Positions 51,069-64,000 of a stretch of 64,000 nt of DNA are shown piece by piece (within the stretch, counting starts at the first letter, position 1; each line of letters opens with the position of its first letter). The position numbers and the translations under genes are program-made. Under the pieces are notes generated by a model. The model saw only the letters and a list, made by a program, of their open reading frames with translations, did not search any database and was not told where the DNA came from. The DNA is from Camelus dromedarius (Eukaryota). The stretch is taken from NCBI RefSeq assembly GCF_036321535.1, contig NC_087472.1, positions 93,746,001 through 93,810,000 of the forward strand, read 5' to 3'.

Positions 51069-52154
51069 ACAAATTTAATAACAATTTTTATTCAGATTCA
51101 GGCAGTTGTGGTAGTAATGCACACCACTATATATTTCAATTGGTGATACTCTCCTGGAATATAAAATGTCATTATTACTTAGTCCAGAGTAACTAAAGCT
51201 CTAAAGGCATTTAAAATAATTATAATACTACCAAAGCTAAACATTCAATTTTCACACTTTTTACTATCTTTGAGATATTAGAAAGGACACTGAAAGTTGT
51301 TTGATAGCAAGAAAATCTAACCAAAAATACCTATAATATTTTGTCCATTCAAGTTCATAGAAGTAGCTTTGGTACAGAAAAATTTATGTTTGAATTTTTT
51401 TACTATTTTTATTCTTTTCTACACCTTTGAATTGAATGCTTAAAAATATTTCAAAATCATTTGCACAATTCAAACAGAAAGATTTACATTTCAGTTTCTT
51501 GACTCTATTTTAATTTTTTTCTATACTGTTGATTCAAATACTTGAAAATATTTCAAAGCCATTTATCAAGTGAAAAATAACACCAAGTTAATATATTGAT
51601 GTGTTCTCTAGGTCAGAGTATTTCCAGAGATAAAACAAAGTTAGTATTGGTGTTTAAATTCTCCATATTCCCTTTCTCACCAAAGTTCATCATGCGCTCC
51701 CTTTAAAGGATGCATTTGGCAGATGAAAAGCACAGATGACCTGTCCCACAGCACATTCCTAATAGCTGCATCTGGAGCTCATGTTATTTTTCTGGATGCA
51801 TTAGCATTCAGCTGTGTGATAAATATCAACTGCCTGGGATCTCTAAGCTTTATAAACTTGCTTGGGTGATTTTGCACTTCTAGTCTTCAGCGTTTTATCA
51901 TGTTCTTGTGGTACTTCAGTCAGAACTCTTCGTCTAAGTAAAATTTTATGATAGAGAAGGGGATGTTTCATCATATTACAGCCTGCATTTTCAACTTTTC
52001 TGCATGAGTTAGAATGATAATTTGGAAATAATCCACAAACAACTAGACCATTTTTCAGAATCAGGAATGGTGGTGGCAAAATAACCAAACATTTGTATCA
52101 ATAATCAGATATTAAGTTTGCAAAGTCAGTCATTTAATATTATTATTAATATAA

Positions 52155-52290
52155 AAATAAAATAGCTTGCATTTATATTGCACATTGCACTCAACAAAAT
52201 GCTTGTACATACATCATATCAATTGATCCTCAGAAACAACATGTGGTCTTTAGTACCTGTTTCATAGAAGGAAGTTCTGGGGCCCTGAGA
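52155..52290 (-). mobile_element. MIR fragment
   Basis: aatagcttgcatttatattgcac..atcatatcaattgatcctcagaaacaac..tttcatagaaggaag. Confidence 0.55.
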
Positions 52291-52955
52291 AACTATAATT
52301 AAAACAGGGGAAGTTTAATATAAATAACTATGAAGCTATGATAAAAGAATAATTATAAGATGTAAGAGAACTCTATATGGTGTCCTAGGGCAAGGGAGAG
52401 TACCCAAGAGAGTACTAACTTGGAAGGGGACCTCCTTCCCCAGGGCAGGCATGCAGATTTCACTGGAAAAGGTGGAGTTGCAGCTCACTGGATGCCAAAA
52501 AACGTTTGCTGGTTTCTCTAGGCTAGAGCTCAGTCCACAGTCATTGGGAAAGCAGGCAAGCAACATATGGTGGATGGGTACATGGATGTGCAGAAGAGAG
52601 TGTGGGCACCAGTGCTGAGGAAAGGCTGGAAGCATGTGATGTTAGTGTTAGGAGAGCTGGGGAAGGTGATCAACAGGCAGAATCAAAGCTAAGAGGTCGC
52701 CAAGAGACGGCATGTTCTTGGCACCTGACTGAGGCATCACACCATCAGATGTCCTCAAACTCACAATTCTGCTGAGTGGAACAGCAGCAGGAATCAGTAG
52801 AGTCTTCCTCCTGCAATGTCACGACAGCGACCTCCAGTGAGAAAGCGTAACATCGTGTTCACCACAAAGGAGAAATGCTTAAAGAATTCTGTCCATTATT
52901 GCACAATAGGTATTGAAGGGTGAATCTGGAGCTGATAAATAATAAATTAATAAGG
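52291..52955 (-). mobile_element. LTR41-like ERVL LTR
   Basis: cttcctcctgcaatgtc..cagcgacctccagtgagaaagcgtaacatcgtg..aaaggagaaatgcttaaag..tgaagggtgaatctggagctga. Confidence 0.6.
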
Positions 52956-54029
52956 TGATGACCTTGGGCAAGGCAGCATTTTTGGCAGAGGGTAATTCTT
53001 GGAGAGCGACTTAGGCATTTCTATAACACTTCTAGCCCAGGGGAAATGAGTGGCTTACCACAGTAACCGTTAAAACCATTTGTAAATCACTGCTAAGAAG
53101 CTGTCTGAACTGTGCACGCGCACGCTCTCTCTCTCTCTACATATATATATTTCCCCTTGTACTAAGATAAATTAATGGGCCTTTAATTATTGCCCTCAGT
53201 GTTGTTTTCTCAAGCCTTTAATTCATTGGAATTGCCATTGAAATCTGTGGCCTAAATATGGAATTATTAAACTTTAATAATAATAATACTCATTATCAAA
53301 CCAAATATTATTTGCCCTGGTAATCAATCCCTAAATTTCATTATAAACTTTCACCAACATTTCTAGGAAAGCTTGGTATAGCTACTGTGCTGCCATAGAC
53401 CATTATTTGCAACTGACTAGTATGAGTGGAAGTTAGCCAAATATCATTATGAAGATTTTTTCAAAATGCTTGTGATCGATAGTCTTTTTTTTCCACGAAC
53501 TGAAAAAGCAATCAGTGCATATGCCTTGTGTATTATAAGTGCCCTGTTTCATCAACTTTTCAGATTAAGGAGAAATTTTTTTTCCAAAAATGAGTGATTG
53601 TTTCAGTATTTGAAGGAGATAAGATAGAGGGATATTTCTCTTACATACTAATTAGTGCAATTTCCACTAAATTATGCTGCCTCCCACTGGTTCTATAATA
53701 AAAATAATTATCTATGTTCACTCCTGGAACTTCTGCAGTCTCCCAGAGGATTAAGGATGCGTTTCACACTACAAATATGGAGCTACAGCCTTGTGTTTGC
53801 TTCTGTTCTGGATCTCTTTTGGTATAGGTACATACATAATGTATTTATTTCTCTATTTTATTTGTATGATTACTCTTCTTTGGCTACAGTCCTTAATGCT
53901 TCCACACCACTATGAAGAAAGAGTCCAAATATCTAGGCATAATAATAAAGACTCTTTTGAGTTAGGGTAACCTTTCTAGTTTTAGCTCTTCAAGAAACAC
54001 TTCATTTCAATGACTGGTAGACCCTGAAT

Positions 54030-54735
54030 ACTTTCTCACTCCTTTAGGCCTCTATACAAGTTATTGCTTTTGTTTGGAATGACTTTCCCCACCTGAAATA
54101 TTCATACACATATTCAGTGATCAGCTTCATTACTGATCCTTTATGAAGTCTGTGCCAATCTCTCCTTACTTCTTACTCCCCACTGTTCCCATGGCATTTA
54201 AAAACCATCTCAGTTATAGCACTCCTCATACCTTTTTTTATATTCTTGGCTGTCTCCCTTACTAATGTCTAATCTCTTTGAACACAGGGTGTAACATACT
54301 CTATTGTTGTCCAGATTGCCTCTACTGAGCCAGACACAGCTGTGGTGTTGATATTGACTTTCATTACTCATCACTAGAAAATTGCTCTTGGGTAACTGGA
54401 GCCATCACACCTGAAGACACTAGGAGATTATATTCCCCCTTCCAGCAGCTCTCTAACAAATGACTTCTCGATATTGGGATATAATAACCTACCCCTCAAC
54501 CCTGTCTGTTGACTGGAAAACCCCTGTGTTGAAATTCCTACTCCTCTTGGGATCAAGCTGAGGCTAAACTTCTCATGAAACCGTGTCTTTGCTTAGCTTC
54601 TCTCCTTAACATTTCTCTCCCTCAACAAGTCAGGGATCAGGGATTTTCATCTGCAAGTATTTCTAAACCTGGACCTAACCTAGTGCTGTTAAGGCATAGG
54701 ACATTCAAGAAATGTTTGCTTAGTGGAAAGAATTG
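54030..54735 (+). mobile_element. L2 3' remnant interrupted by an LTR16-like LTR (about 54342-54690)
   Basis: L2 motifs cttttgtttggaatgactttcccc, tgtctcccttacta..ctctttgaacacagg, cataggacattcaagaaatgtttg. Insert has gggatcaagctgaggct and LTR16-like motifs. Confidence 0.55.
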
Positions 54736-56599
54736 AGTAATTAAATTATATTTTATTATTCCTGTCTTTCCTGCTTCATTACTGTGTTACCTGGCTTCTC
54801 TCTCTCAGTTCCTGGTCCTGTGAAAATGGTGATGCTTCAGTGGGCTCCTGGTAAATACTTAGTTTCAGTTGAAGTTATCTTATCAATCTTTGAGATCCCA
54901 ACCCATATTTTTGCTTCTTAGGTTTTGAATTCATGATTTTCCTGATCCTTTTCTATCATTAAGCCAAGAGCTATTTAAATTATATGATCAACATGTAAAT
55001 CACATATAAGCAGACATTTTTTAGGAAGTGGAGAAGAGTGAAGAAACCATTATATTGTAAGTGGCTTACATCAAAAGTTAACTTTGGTGGTCTTAAGGTT
55101 TTCTCCAATCCACAGATATGTTTTATTGGATTCATACAGTGTTTAAAAAGTTTTAGACCTATTGTCAACACATAAAATTTCAAATTCAAGATTTTCACTC
55201 ACACTAAGTTGGAAGATCTCTGATTACCCGCAAGACGACAATCTGGTTTGCCATAGTCTCTTCTACTCATTATTGTCTTGCATCCAACCTACTTCTTTTC
55301 TAAGGATGTTGTTTGACTGCTTTAAATACTTTGGTTTGGGACCCCTAAGAGGTACTTGGGAGCATATAAGCAGGGATCATATTCAGTCTGTTTCTGATCC
55401 CTAGCATTTAGCACAGTACCTACCAAAAGAGGTGCTCTGTAAATGTTTATTAAATTTACTGTTTAAAGGGGAGAGGAAATATCTTTTGGAAAAAAATCTG
55501 CTTTTCAACCCAAAAGAAGAGTCCTACAAAATATCCTTACTGCAGCGGGAAGAAGGCAGCAGTAAAAAGGCAGGAGTAATTGAAAGATGTAACAGAAGAG
55601 AGGTGCTTGGTTTTCAGTGGCAGTGGCAGTGGCAGTTCCGATACCATACGAATGAACACAACAGCAATTAGGAAGAGAAGTAGTAGCAGTGATTGACTTA
55701 GTAGTACAGTTGATTAATTCTGTATCCAGGAAGAGAGATTTAAGGACTGAAATGATAGCAACTGCAAGCAGAGGGTCACTGACAAATTACCACAATTAAC
55801 ATTTCTGATAGCCTAAAGCAACTAGCACAGCATGATAAAATGTGGAACACAGAAGTTACAGCAGGTGAGAGATACAGACCTCAGTTGAAGATTGAGGCTT
55901 CAGTCTAGATAAAAACTCTGTGGTACATTCTGGATAAGGCAGCACCATCATCCTGTTAAGAAACAAAAAACAAAACAAAACAAAAAAAGAATTAGTTCAG
56001 GCTTTATACCAGGTATATATTGTATAATTTTCTGCACATAATTATGACTAACTTTACTAGTTAACTATATACATGTGTATACACACAGACATATACACAC
56101 ACAATGAGGATTCTCTTCGCAAAACTTTGAACAATTTTATTTTTATTTTCAAATAAATTTTAAAACAATCACCTTTCAGAATTGTTAGGGAGATACAGTT
56201 AAAATAGATGAACCCAAATGTATATAAAATGTAATATCCTGATGTTAAATAGGATAGAGTAGGAAGTACATCACTGACAAAACAGGCACCCTACCATTAG
56301 ACTGACTGTCTCTTTCCTCTAGTTTTTGTTCCTTATATTATGTTCCCTCTGCTTGTACTAGATTATTTTTCTGCTGTCCAGCCATCATCTGCCGTAGGTC
56401 AGTCTTTGCTTTTAAGTCATAGCCAAGGTCAACTTACTTGTTTAGCTATCTGTCAAATTCTGAAGCTCTTCTTTCAGAGAGAGAACCATAAGCTTCTTTT
56501 TAGTTACACATACCAAAAAATTACATAAATTAAATAGACTTGTAATTAAGGAGGAAGTTCATCAGTAGGAAGAATAGGCATGGGTAATATAGAAGTCAT

Positions 56600-56957
56600 C
56601 AGTGCAGTTTGCCAAGAATTTCTTTGCTTTCAGTACATGTTAGGATTACATTTCCTAACACTGGTTAAGTTTGACAAAGACTTATGGATTTATCAGGCCA
56701 ATAAAATGTGAAATGGAAATGAAATATGCCTCTTCTGTGACAGGTACAAGAGGCAAATTCTCTTCTCTCTGTCAAGACTATCATGGAAAAAGTTGTTGAG
56801 AAGGTGCTTTCATCAGTCTGGGTTCCGGGGTGTTTACAGTGAGCAAAGTCTTTAGTCATATGGCATGAGTGAAAAATAAATTTTATTGTCCTAAGCCACT
56901 GAGGCTTGGGGTTGGTTTGTTATAACAGTATAACCTCACCCATTCTGCCTGATTACA
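56600..56957 (+). mobile_element. MLT1I/J-like MaLR LTR
   Basis: ggccaataaaatgtgaaatggaaatga...ttcatcagtctgggt...catgagtgaaaaataaattttattgtcctaagccactgagg..tttgttataacagtataacct. Confidence 0.75.
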
Positions 56958-58959
56958 GCTAGTTGAGCTGCAAACGGCTGTGGTAGCAGGACTCTGCAGT
57001 AATGTACAAGCAATTAAAAAAATTGTTTGATGTCTCAGCTCAGAATTTGACATAAACATTTAAACTAGGGGAAATTTGCACACAAATAGTATTGGCCCAG
57101 ATGACCTAGGACAATGAACTTCAAACTGTGCTGGGGTGATGATTTACAGGGATTTCTCTGCATCTCATTAGAGATCACCTGAGGGGACTGGGAGTTCTCT
57201 GTAGACTCTAATCAAACGGAGCATCTGTTTGTGAGATTTTCTGAGATAATTTGTTTACACCTGGGGTTTCCAAATATTGCATTTGAGCAAAGGATCACAT
57301 GGTTAAATAATATTGGGAAAACATTCTTCTGAGAATAATAGGTAACATAAAATTTTGTCAGTGATATCTTTTTTCACCAGTTGCTAACTATACCGTCCTC
57401 TTTAATACCTCAGCATCTTCACATGAGTTGAAACACATTTCCTCTCCTTGCCAATCTCTGTCTTACAAACTGCTGTGTACTCTTTAACATGCACATAAAA
57501 TACTGTGTTTTCTGTAAAACCATCCCACAGGCACTTTTGGGAATGTGAACACACTTGTGCACGCACATACAGACTAATCTATGCCATTCTTTCCAATTGC
57601 TTATCACATTATGGTGTAATCAGTTTGTAAATAGCTCCCTTTTACTAGATTATGAGAGGTTGATAGAGTCTAGAAAGATATAAGTAGTTTGGAATGCCTA
57701 AATGAATATTTTAACAGTAAAACAATTTGGTTTATTTAATTTATTTTGCTGTATTATTTTAAGCAAATTGTCCAACTTTAACTAAAACTTCAAGTCTTTG
57801 CCATCTTCTGTCTTAAGCATTTTACATAAATTCCCCATAGACTATAAAATTAAAGGTTATCCAAATGATTTACTACCACAATTTCGTAGTTGAATAATTT
57901 TTTTGCCATTTCTGTAACTTGAACTATAATTAACAAAGAGGGTAAACAACCTGGAATAACAAAACACTAAAGCCTTTGTTCTTTATTATTTCAGATATTC
58001 CTTACCTTTCCCTACTAACAGAAAGATCTCTAACCAATTCTCTATACCTTTCTGCTTTGACTTTTGTTTGCTCTTACTGTAAATTATTTTTTTATACATT
58101 CAGCAAAAACACACTCAATTTTCAAAATATACCAATTATACAAACTGTCACACTGGGTTCCATTTTCAGACACCTCTACATGTGAATAAAATGTTTACAT
58201 TTTGCAAATGCCAATATTTTTAAAAGAACTATTATTCAGGAAAGGGTGCAACAAATAACGGTAATTTTAATATGCATCTGTCAAATGAGAAAGGCAAAAA
58301 ATAGTTTGGTCTTTTATTCCCCAGTTCTTAAAGGAAGGAAAGGCAAGAGCGGACCCTCAACATTTTATTTTCATTTCAAAATATAACAAAGATATTATGG
58401 TTTGTACTCCTCTCCCCATTAGAAGCGATTCCATCGGTGAGGTTTTTATATTCTGCTATATACAGAAAAGTTCAGAAGTGTTAAGGTGCTATATTTTAAC
58501 TCTTAGTTTCAAAAAGTGAATACTCATTCCAAAAGAACACCAGAAACCTACCTCGCCTTCAAAATTGTCTTGGCCTAGGGCCTAGCTTCAAGTACATTGA
58601 TCAAAGCAGAAAGTTTAAAAACACAGTTAATTAATATATTGATTTATGTATTTATTGAGTTTGGTCTTTCTGAAAAAATAAAAAGAATGTCAAACTAGTA
58701 AGAATTTGACAGATGAATAGAAGTACATTTTTGCAGAAGGCAGTGTTCTATTTAGGATGCTGTATTTATAGGGAAAGTGTTTTTGCAGATTTTCAATAAT
58801 TATGTTTAAATTATGATGATATTGGACATCAGTAACTATAGTTGTCCCTCAAGACAATGCAATTATTGCTAAAAACAACTTGCAGTGACTAAATTCTAAA
58901 AGTTCAAAATACATTTTGTTTGTTCTACACTTGGGTTAATACATATAACTTGCTTTGAC

Positions 58960-60190
58960 TTAATCATTTCCGTAAATATTTGTAGGCAACTACTACGCAT
59001 CAAGTATGGTAAGTACTGGAAGCTTAGAGATCAACCTTCATGAGCTCAGTAAAGAAAGATAAATAAAAAATCTGCAGTTGGGTAACATTTACATTACAGA
59101 AGTATGCACCTGGTCTAGTAGTGTCCCAGCAGAGTATTAAAGAGTATAACACTCTGGCAAAATCAGGTTATTCAAGATGGCTTGAGAAAAATGTGAGGAA
59201 GATGAGGGGAGTGAGAGTGGGACAAACAAGCAAAAGGAACCTTTGGGTAAGCAAAGGCCAGAGTGTGAAGTAATGTGAAGCCTTGTTAAGGTGTTTGGAG
59301 ACCATCTTATGGCCACTGGAGGGCTACTGAGGAATTTTAAGCAGAGGAGTGGTAAATCATGATCACAAATGCTTTTCAGAGTGATGACACTGGTGGCAGT
59401 AAATGTCATAATGGATGATGGCAGTGGGATAAGGGATGATTTAATTTCTCTTTTTTCCCCAGATTTTTCTATACTGAATCTGTATGCTATTTGGTAATAC
59501 AAATTTCTTTAAGTAGTGAAAAGGACTCACATTTAACTGTCTGCTTTTCCCATTAGAAAGCAAGGCTTCATCAAAACTGAGTGTACAGCTTTTTCACTGC
59601 TCTAGTCCCAGTGCTAAATACATAGGAAATAACTATTTGTTGAATGAACGAACGTCATTTTGAATGGAGACAAGAGAGATTAGTGTGTTTTCAGTATAGA
59701 ACTCGGTGAATATGACTTATGATGTTAACATGTTTTTGGTTGGGGTGACTGATGCAATTAATATGCATAGAAACACAGAAGCAGCAATTGGGTTTCAAGA
59801 AAAAAATAACATATCCATTTGAACATTTTCTGAATAAGTTGCCTATGGGAAATTAAGATGAAAGCATCCAGTAGGAAATTGGTTAAAGAAGTGAAGAATT
59901 CAAGGAAGGATCTGGTCTTGAGATACAAGTTTGGAATGCCTTAACTTCCAATGCACATTAGTAGTGTAAGCCGCAGAACTAGATGCTGTTAGTCAGGGAA
60001 TGAACAGACAAAAAGACCTGAGGCTCTGGGGAAAAGCAGTGTTTTCATAACAGCCTGCAGAAGTGCATCTACCATCATGGACTTCAGTATCATGCAATTG
60101 AGGGAATAGGAGTTTTCAAGAGGAGTGGTGAGCAATGTCAAATATAAAAGGGCAATCCAATAAAATGAGGGCATGAAAGGCAATTTTAAC
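58960..60190 (-). mobile_element. L2 remnants (with a short plus-strand L2 tail at about 59545-59650)
   Basis: catttccgtaaatatttgtaggcaactacta, gctactgaggaattttaagcagaggagtg, atccagtaggaaattgg..ggtcttgagatacaagtttgg. Confidence 0.65.
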
Positions 60191-60341
60191 CTTGGCCTTT
60201 TTTTTTTTTGTTATATATTTTCAAGCTTAGACCAAAAATAGTGTAAAGCTCTCCCAAATGTTCAATTTTTACCACATTGGCTTTGTTATTCTCTGCTTTT
60301 CTATAAGTATGTATATATGTGTGTATCTATGTATCTACATA

Positions 60342-60532
60342 CATTTGACCTTTGAACAATGTGAGAGTTAATCCGCATATAATTTATAGTTAACCCTCTG
60401 TATCTGAGGTTTCTCCACATCCCCAGATTCAACCAACCATAGACCATTTAGTACTGTAGTATTTACTGTTGAAAAATTCTTGAGTATAAGTGGACCCTTG
60501 CAGTTCAAACCCACATTGTTCAGGGTCAACTG
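60342..60532. mobile_element. Tigger2-family (TcMar) MITE, MER8-like
   Basis: TIRs catttgacctttgaacaatg / cattgttcagggtcaactg flanked by TA (60340-60341, 60533-60534). Confidence 0.88.
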
Positions 60533-60773
60533 TATTTTTTCTGAAACACTTGAGTAAGTTGCAGTTATAATGTTTCCAAATACTTACAGAGGGTTTTCCT
60601 AAAAATAAGAACGTTCTTGAACAAGAACATTTATCATAGTCAAGATATTAACATTAATGTAAAAAAACCTTTTAACAAATAATGCCAATTAACCCTTAGT
60701 GTCCATTATAGAAAATCAAATCTGGTCCAGAATCCAAACCAGGAGTACAATTTGAATTTAATTGCTCTGTCTC

Positions 60774-61205
60774 TGTTGGTTTGAAACCTCACGTGCTTCC
60801 TGGTGAAACTTGAAACTGCCCCCTGTACGTGGAGGGCAAGGAGAGACAGAAGAAATAGACAGCCACTCTAAATTGGAAGGTGGCAGGTTTAAGTAGCAAG
60901 GGAACTTATCCGTGAGGCTCGTCTTGGGCACCGCAAGATGACTAGATCTCTACATTCACCCGCCAGAATCTTTAAAGTCTATGTACAGGCCTTAATGGAG
61001 TTCAGTCTCATAATATGCCATCCAGATGGTCTCAACAACACATTGCTCTCTCAAGGCTGCATCCTTGAAAATGGGTCCCACTGTGGGAACAGTGTGTGGA
61101 ACTTAAATTCCAAGGACAGGGGCGGGAGTGAGGAGCCCCTCACTGCCCAATGTTCAGCTTGCAGGTCAACTCGCAATCGCATCCTCTCCATGACCTCCTC
61201 CAACA
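60774..61205 (-). mobile_element. Endogenous retrovirus solo LTR (family unresolved)
   Basis: Terminal inverted repeat tgttgg...ccaaca and perfect 5-bp TSD gtctc (60769-60773 / 61206-61210). GC-richer than flanks. Strand is tentative. Confidence 0.85.
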
Positions 61206-62739
61206 GTCTCAAAAATGTTGATGTTTTTGAATAGTATAAACAATGTACTTTCCAGAATGCCCCTCAATTTGGAGTTCCTCTTGCTTATATTGAACTTACG
61301 CATTTTTGGCAGGATTACAACGAAAGTGATGTATTCTTCTCAGTGAATCATAGCATGAAGCACATGATGTATATTTGCCCACTAGTGACAAAGTTAGCTT
61401 TAATTATATGGTAAAAGCGATACGTGTCAGTTTTCTTGTTATAAAGTAGATATTTCATAATTAATTAAAATATTAAGACTGTATAAGTACATTTTCCTAT
61501 CAGTTTCACCCACTGATTTTAAGATCCATTGATTAATCTTGACTGAAATAAGTAATGCTATGATAGCTGCCAAATAACTCTTTTCAGTTATTTAATCATT
61601 TTTAAAGGGCTCTTGGCTTCTTATTTTCCTCTGTGGATTATAGTTCACTGCTATCATTATTTATATGAATTCTCAAAGTGTTCCAGATTTGGCTAGTGTA
61701 AATGCCTTCAAGTTGGTGGCTGTATCCCTTTGACATGTTCGTATCAGTTCTCTGAGCAGTCCATTACTTTCTGGCACAGCAGAATGTTTCAGGCTCATCT
61801 TGTACCTTCCCATTCCTAGCCTTGCAATCCGCCATTCATCTAAGGATGCTTTGCTCCTTTTAGTGAACATTGGTGTTTGAGAACCAAGATCTGGCTCTAG
61901 GTGTGTTCATTACTATTGCACTGAGTGTGCTTATCGCTACCCAGTTCTCTAGAAGCTTATTGCTTCTGGGTTCTCTAAGGGGGTATTATTAGGTCATAAT
62001 CAATCAATCAATCTATCTATCTATCTATCTAGATAAATATATACATATATATAAATATGTATATATTTATGTCTATATCCAGCTAAATATCTATCAGTAT
62101 ACCTACTTACCTACCTATCCAAGCATTCATCTATCCATCTATCTATATTTAAAACTATGAGTTTATAATTAAAGTCCTGATTCCTTGATCAGGTTAGTGA
62201 TCTAACATCATATGATAATATGAGAGCTCAGCTGGATTGGAAGCATTTTTAGCTGGTAGCTCATCCACTGTGATTAGAATTCCTTTTCTATATATGGTGC
62301 ATTTGAAAATCCAGGTAGGCAATACCCATTGTCTATCCCTAATACAGCTGAGTGGGCCAACCATAACTTTAAAATAAGCCTCCTATGATTGGTTCTGCAC
62401 TTTTTGTGGACTAGGGCCTAGTCTCAAATACATAGATGAAAAACAGATATGGACCCCTCAAATATTGTGTCACTTATCCTTGACTTTGGCCTGTACCCTT
62501 TTAGCAAGGCAATGTCAGTGTGGGTATAATGGTCTCTGTTCCTCAGACACTATTGTTTTTGGCATTATGAAATCAAGGAAATACATTTCTTTGTAGATTG
62601 TTTGTCATAAATCTTTCATAGTTACTAGTGTTTTGATGTTCCCTATTTTTATTGTTGATGTGTTTTTTTTTAAAACTTTTTCTGTATGACCTTGATTACT
62701 TTAATGGCCTAGTTCAACATACTTCTTATTCACTTTCTT

Positions 62740-63125
62740 AATCAGTCATTATGTCCAGGTAATGCTTTAGTAACAACTCATGAATCTTTGTGACATAACA
62801 TAACAAGGTTGAGTTCTTGCTCATGTTATGTGGCCAGTGTGGGTCATCTGGGGGTTATGCTCACCATATATGCATTCAGCAAACCTAAGGCTCTTCATTT
62901 CACCATAGCTTATGTGATCACCTCCATGAAAATGTGTGAAATTATACACTTACTCTTAAGTATTCTTCCCAGAAGTGGCATATATCGCTTCCATCTACAT
63001 TTTGTTTGCAAAGCAAATTATGTGACCATACCTAAGTTTAGTGAGTGAGTAAAGTCTAACCCTACCACATACCTGTAAAGCAGAAATCAGAAAATACTTG
63101 ATGAACTGCACAGATGACTACTACA
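62740..63125 (-). mobile_element. MLT1J/K-like MaLR LTR
   Basis: taacataacaaggttgagttcttgctcatg...cccagaagtggcatat..cttcc..gcaaagcaaattatgtgaccatacctaa...gatgactactaca. Confidence 0.72.
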
Positions 63126-64000
63126 ATCTACCTTCTTTTCAGATCACCAATTTCTCCCCATCCTACAGGCTAAATGGATTTATTCTTTCCTTGAGGAACA
63201 ATATATGAGTTCTATCTAGTCCAGTAAAACTGAAAGTCCAGTATCTCTGGTTGATGATTAGTAATTTCCACTACAGAAGATGATGTGTAGTATTCTATAT
63301 CAGGTTCTGATTTGTCTTCTCTTGATTTTAAAACTTATGACCAAAGAGGTTATCTTCCCCACACTCAACCAATAAACACTGGTGGACCAGAGAGATAGAT
63401 TGTGTATAGGAATTAGTCCTATTTAAAATATAGAAGAATTCGAGGGTATACAGTAATCACTTGTCTGTTTCAGTTCTGAAATCTTACTGGGCAGGTTATG
63501 TAAGGGACTTATACACAGTGGGTAGATAATGTTCCTTTGTTAGGCTCCAGTTCTGCTCCCTAAGCCATTGTTCTCCTGAGCCATTGGTTCTGCCCAAAAG
63601 GTCCTTCCCTTTCTGTTCTCTTCCTTAGCCTTAGAGAATTGGCCATTGGAGAACAATTTCTCCCTGACCAGTGTTTTAAAGTCTTCTTCCTGTTCTCATA
63701 ATGTTCAATAATCAAGTGTGATTTTAAATCACAGTCTCTTTTATTCCAGATTGTCTCAAGATCACGGTCAGCTGCTTATTACTTGATTTCAGTAAGCTCC
63801 ATGTGCCAACAGTCACACCTCCAGTTCTTTGGTAAGCAAAACCTTCTTATTTTGTATTGTTCTTTGATTTTTTCCAGTTTTATTGAGAAATAATTGACAG
63901 ACATCAAAATAGAAGTGTTAAGGTGTACAGCCTGATGGTCTGATTTACTTATACTGTAATGTCCTTTGATTTTTAAACCCTGTACTTATCCTTCTGGACT
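63126..64000 (-). mobile_element. MLT1-type internal sequence adjoining the LTR
   Basis: Begins directly at the LTR with pyrimidine-rich atctaccttctttt (antisense PPT-like). aaagtccagtatctctgg and cagttctgaaatcttactgggcag resemble MaLR internal sequence. Confidence 0.5.
63873..63959 (-). mobile_element. Very short 5'-truncated L1 3' end
   Basis: cagttttattgagaaataattgaca..ttaaggtgtacagc. TSD tgttctttgattttt (63858-63872) / tgtcctttgattttt (63960-63974). Confidence 0.8.

Larger units (their letters stand above)
60197..62200 (-). mobile_element. L1MC4-like 3'UTR hosting a Tigger MITE and a solo LTR
   Basis: tttttctgaaacacttgagtaagttgcag, catttttggcagga..gtgatgtattcttctcagtg, ccagatttggctagtg..ccttcaagttgg, tgtttcaggctcatcttgtac. 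Confidence 0.75.

Noticed and set aside
52825..52842. CTCF site in the LTR41-like element
   Set aside because: cagcgacctccagtga departs from the core at several key positions.
1..64000. CRISPR arrays, operons, rRNA or other prokaryotic-type systems
   Set aside because: The sequence is mammalian repeat-rich DNA with no regularly spaced repeats or dense coding structure.

Overview
AT-rich, CpG-poor mammalian genomic DNA with no supportable protein-coding exon, RNA gene or CpG island. It reads as intergenic DNA or a long intron. Most of the window is interspersed repeat: L1 of several ages, L2, MIR, ERVL/MaLR and ERV1-type LTRs, hAT-Charlie and Tigger DNA transposons. Two short tRNA-derived SINEs of the camelid vic-1 type and the youngest L1 3' ends point to a camelid genome (alpaca or camel). 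I saw no Bov-A/BovB, PRE1 or Alu. Every recognisable protein-like ORF is a decayed L1 ORF1/ORF2 or ERVL pol remnant. The best observations concern retrotransposon mechanics. (1) A young L1 carries a ~280-nt 3' transduction inside a perfect 17-bp TSD (36678-37726). (2) Two young L1s 4.4 kb apart share a near-identical 196-nt tract containing the same premature ORF2 stop. (3) A TSD-bounded L1 has two separately inverted ORF2 blocks and no normal 3' end (22542-24830). (4) There is a four-level nest at 770-7590. (5) An ancient two-LTR ERVL provirus spans 46596-51068. I found no evidence of a new gene system. Repeat family names are recognised by eye from remembered consensus sequences, not from a database search, and boundaries of old repeats are approximate.
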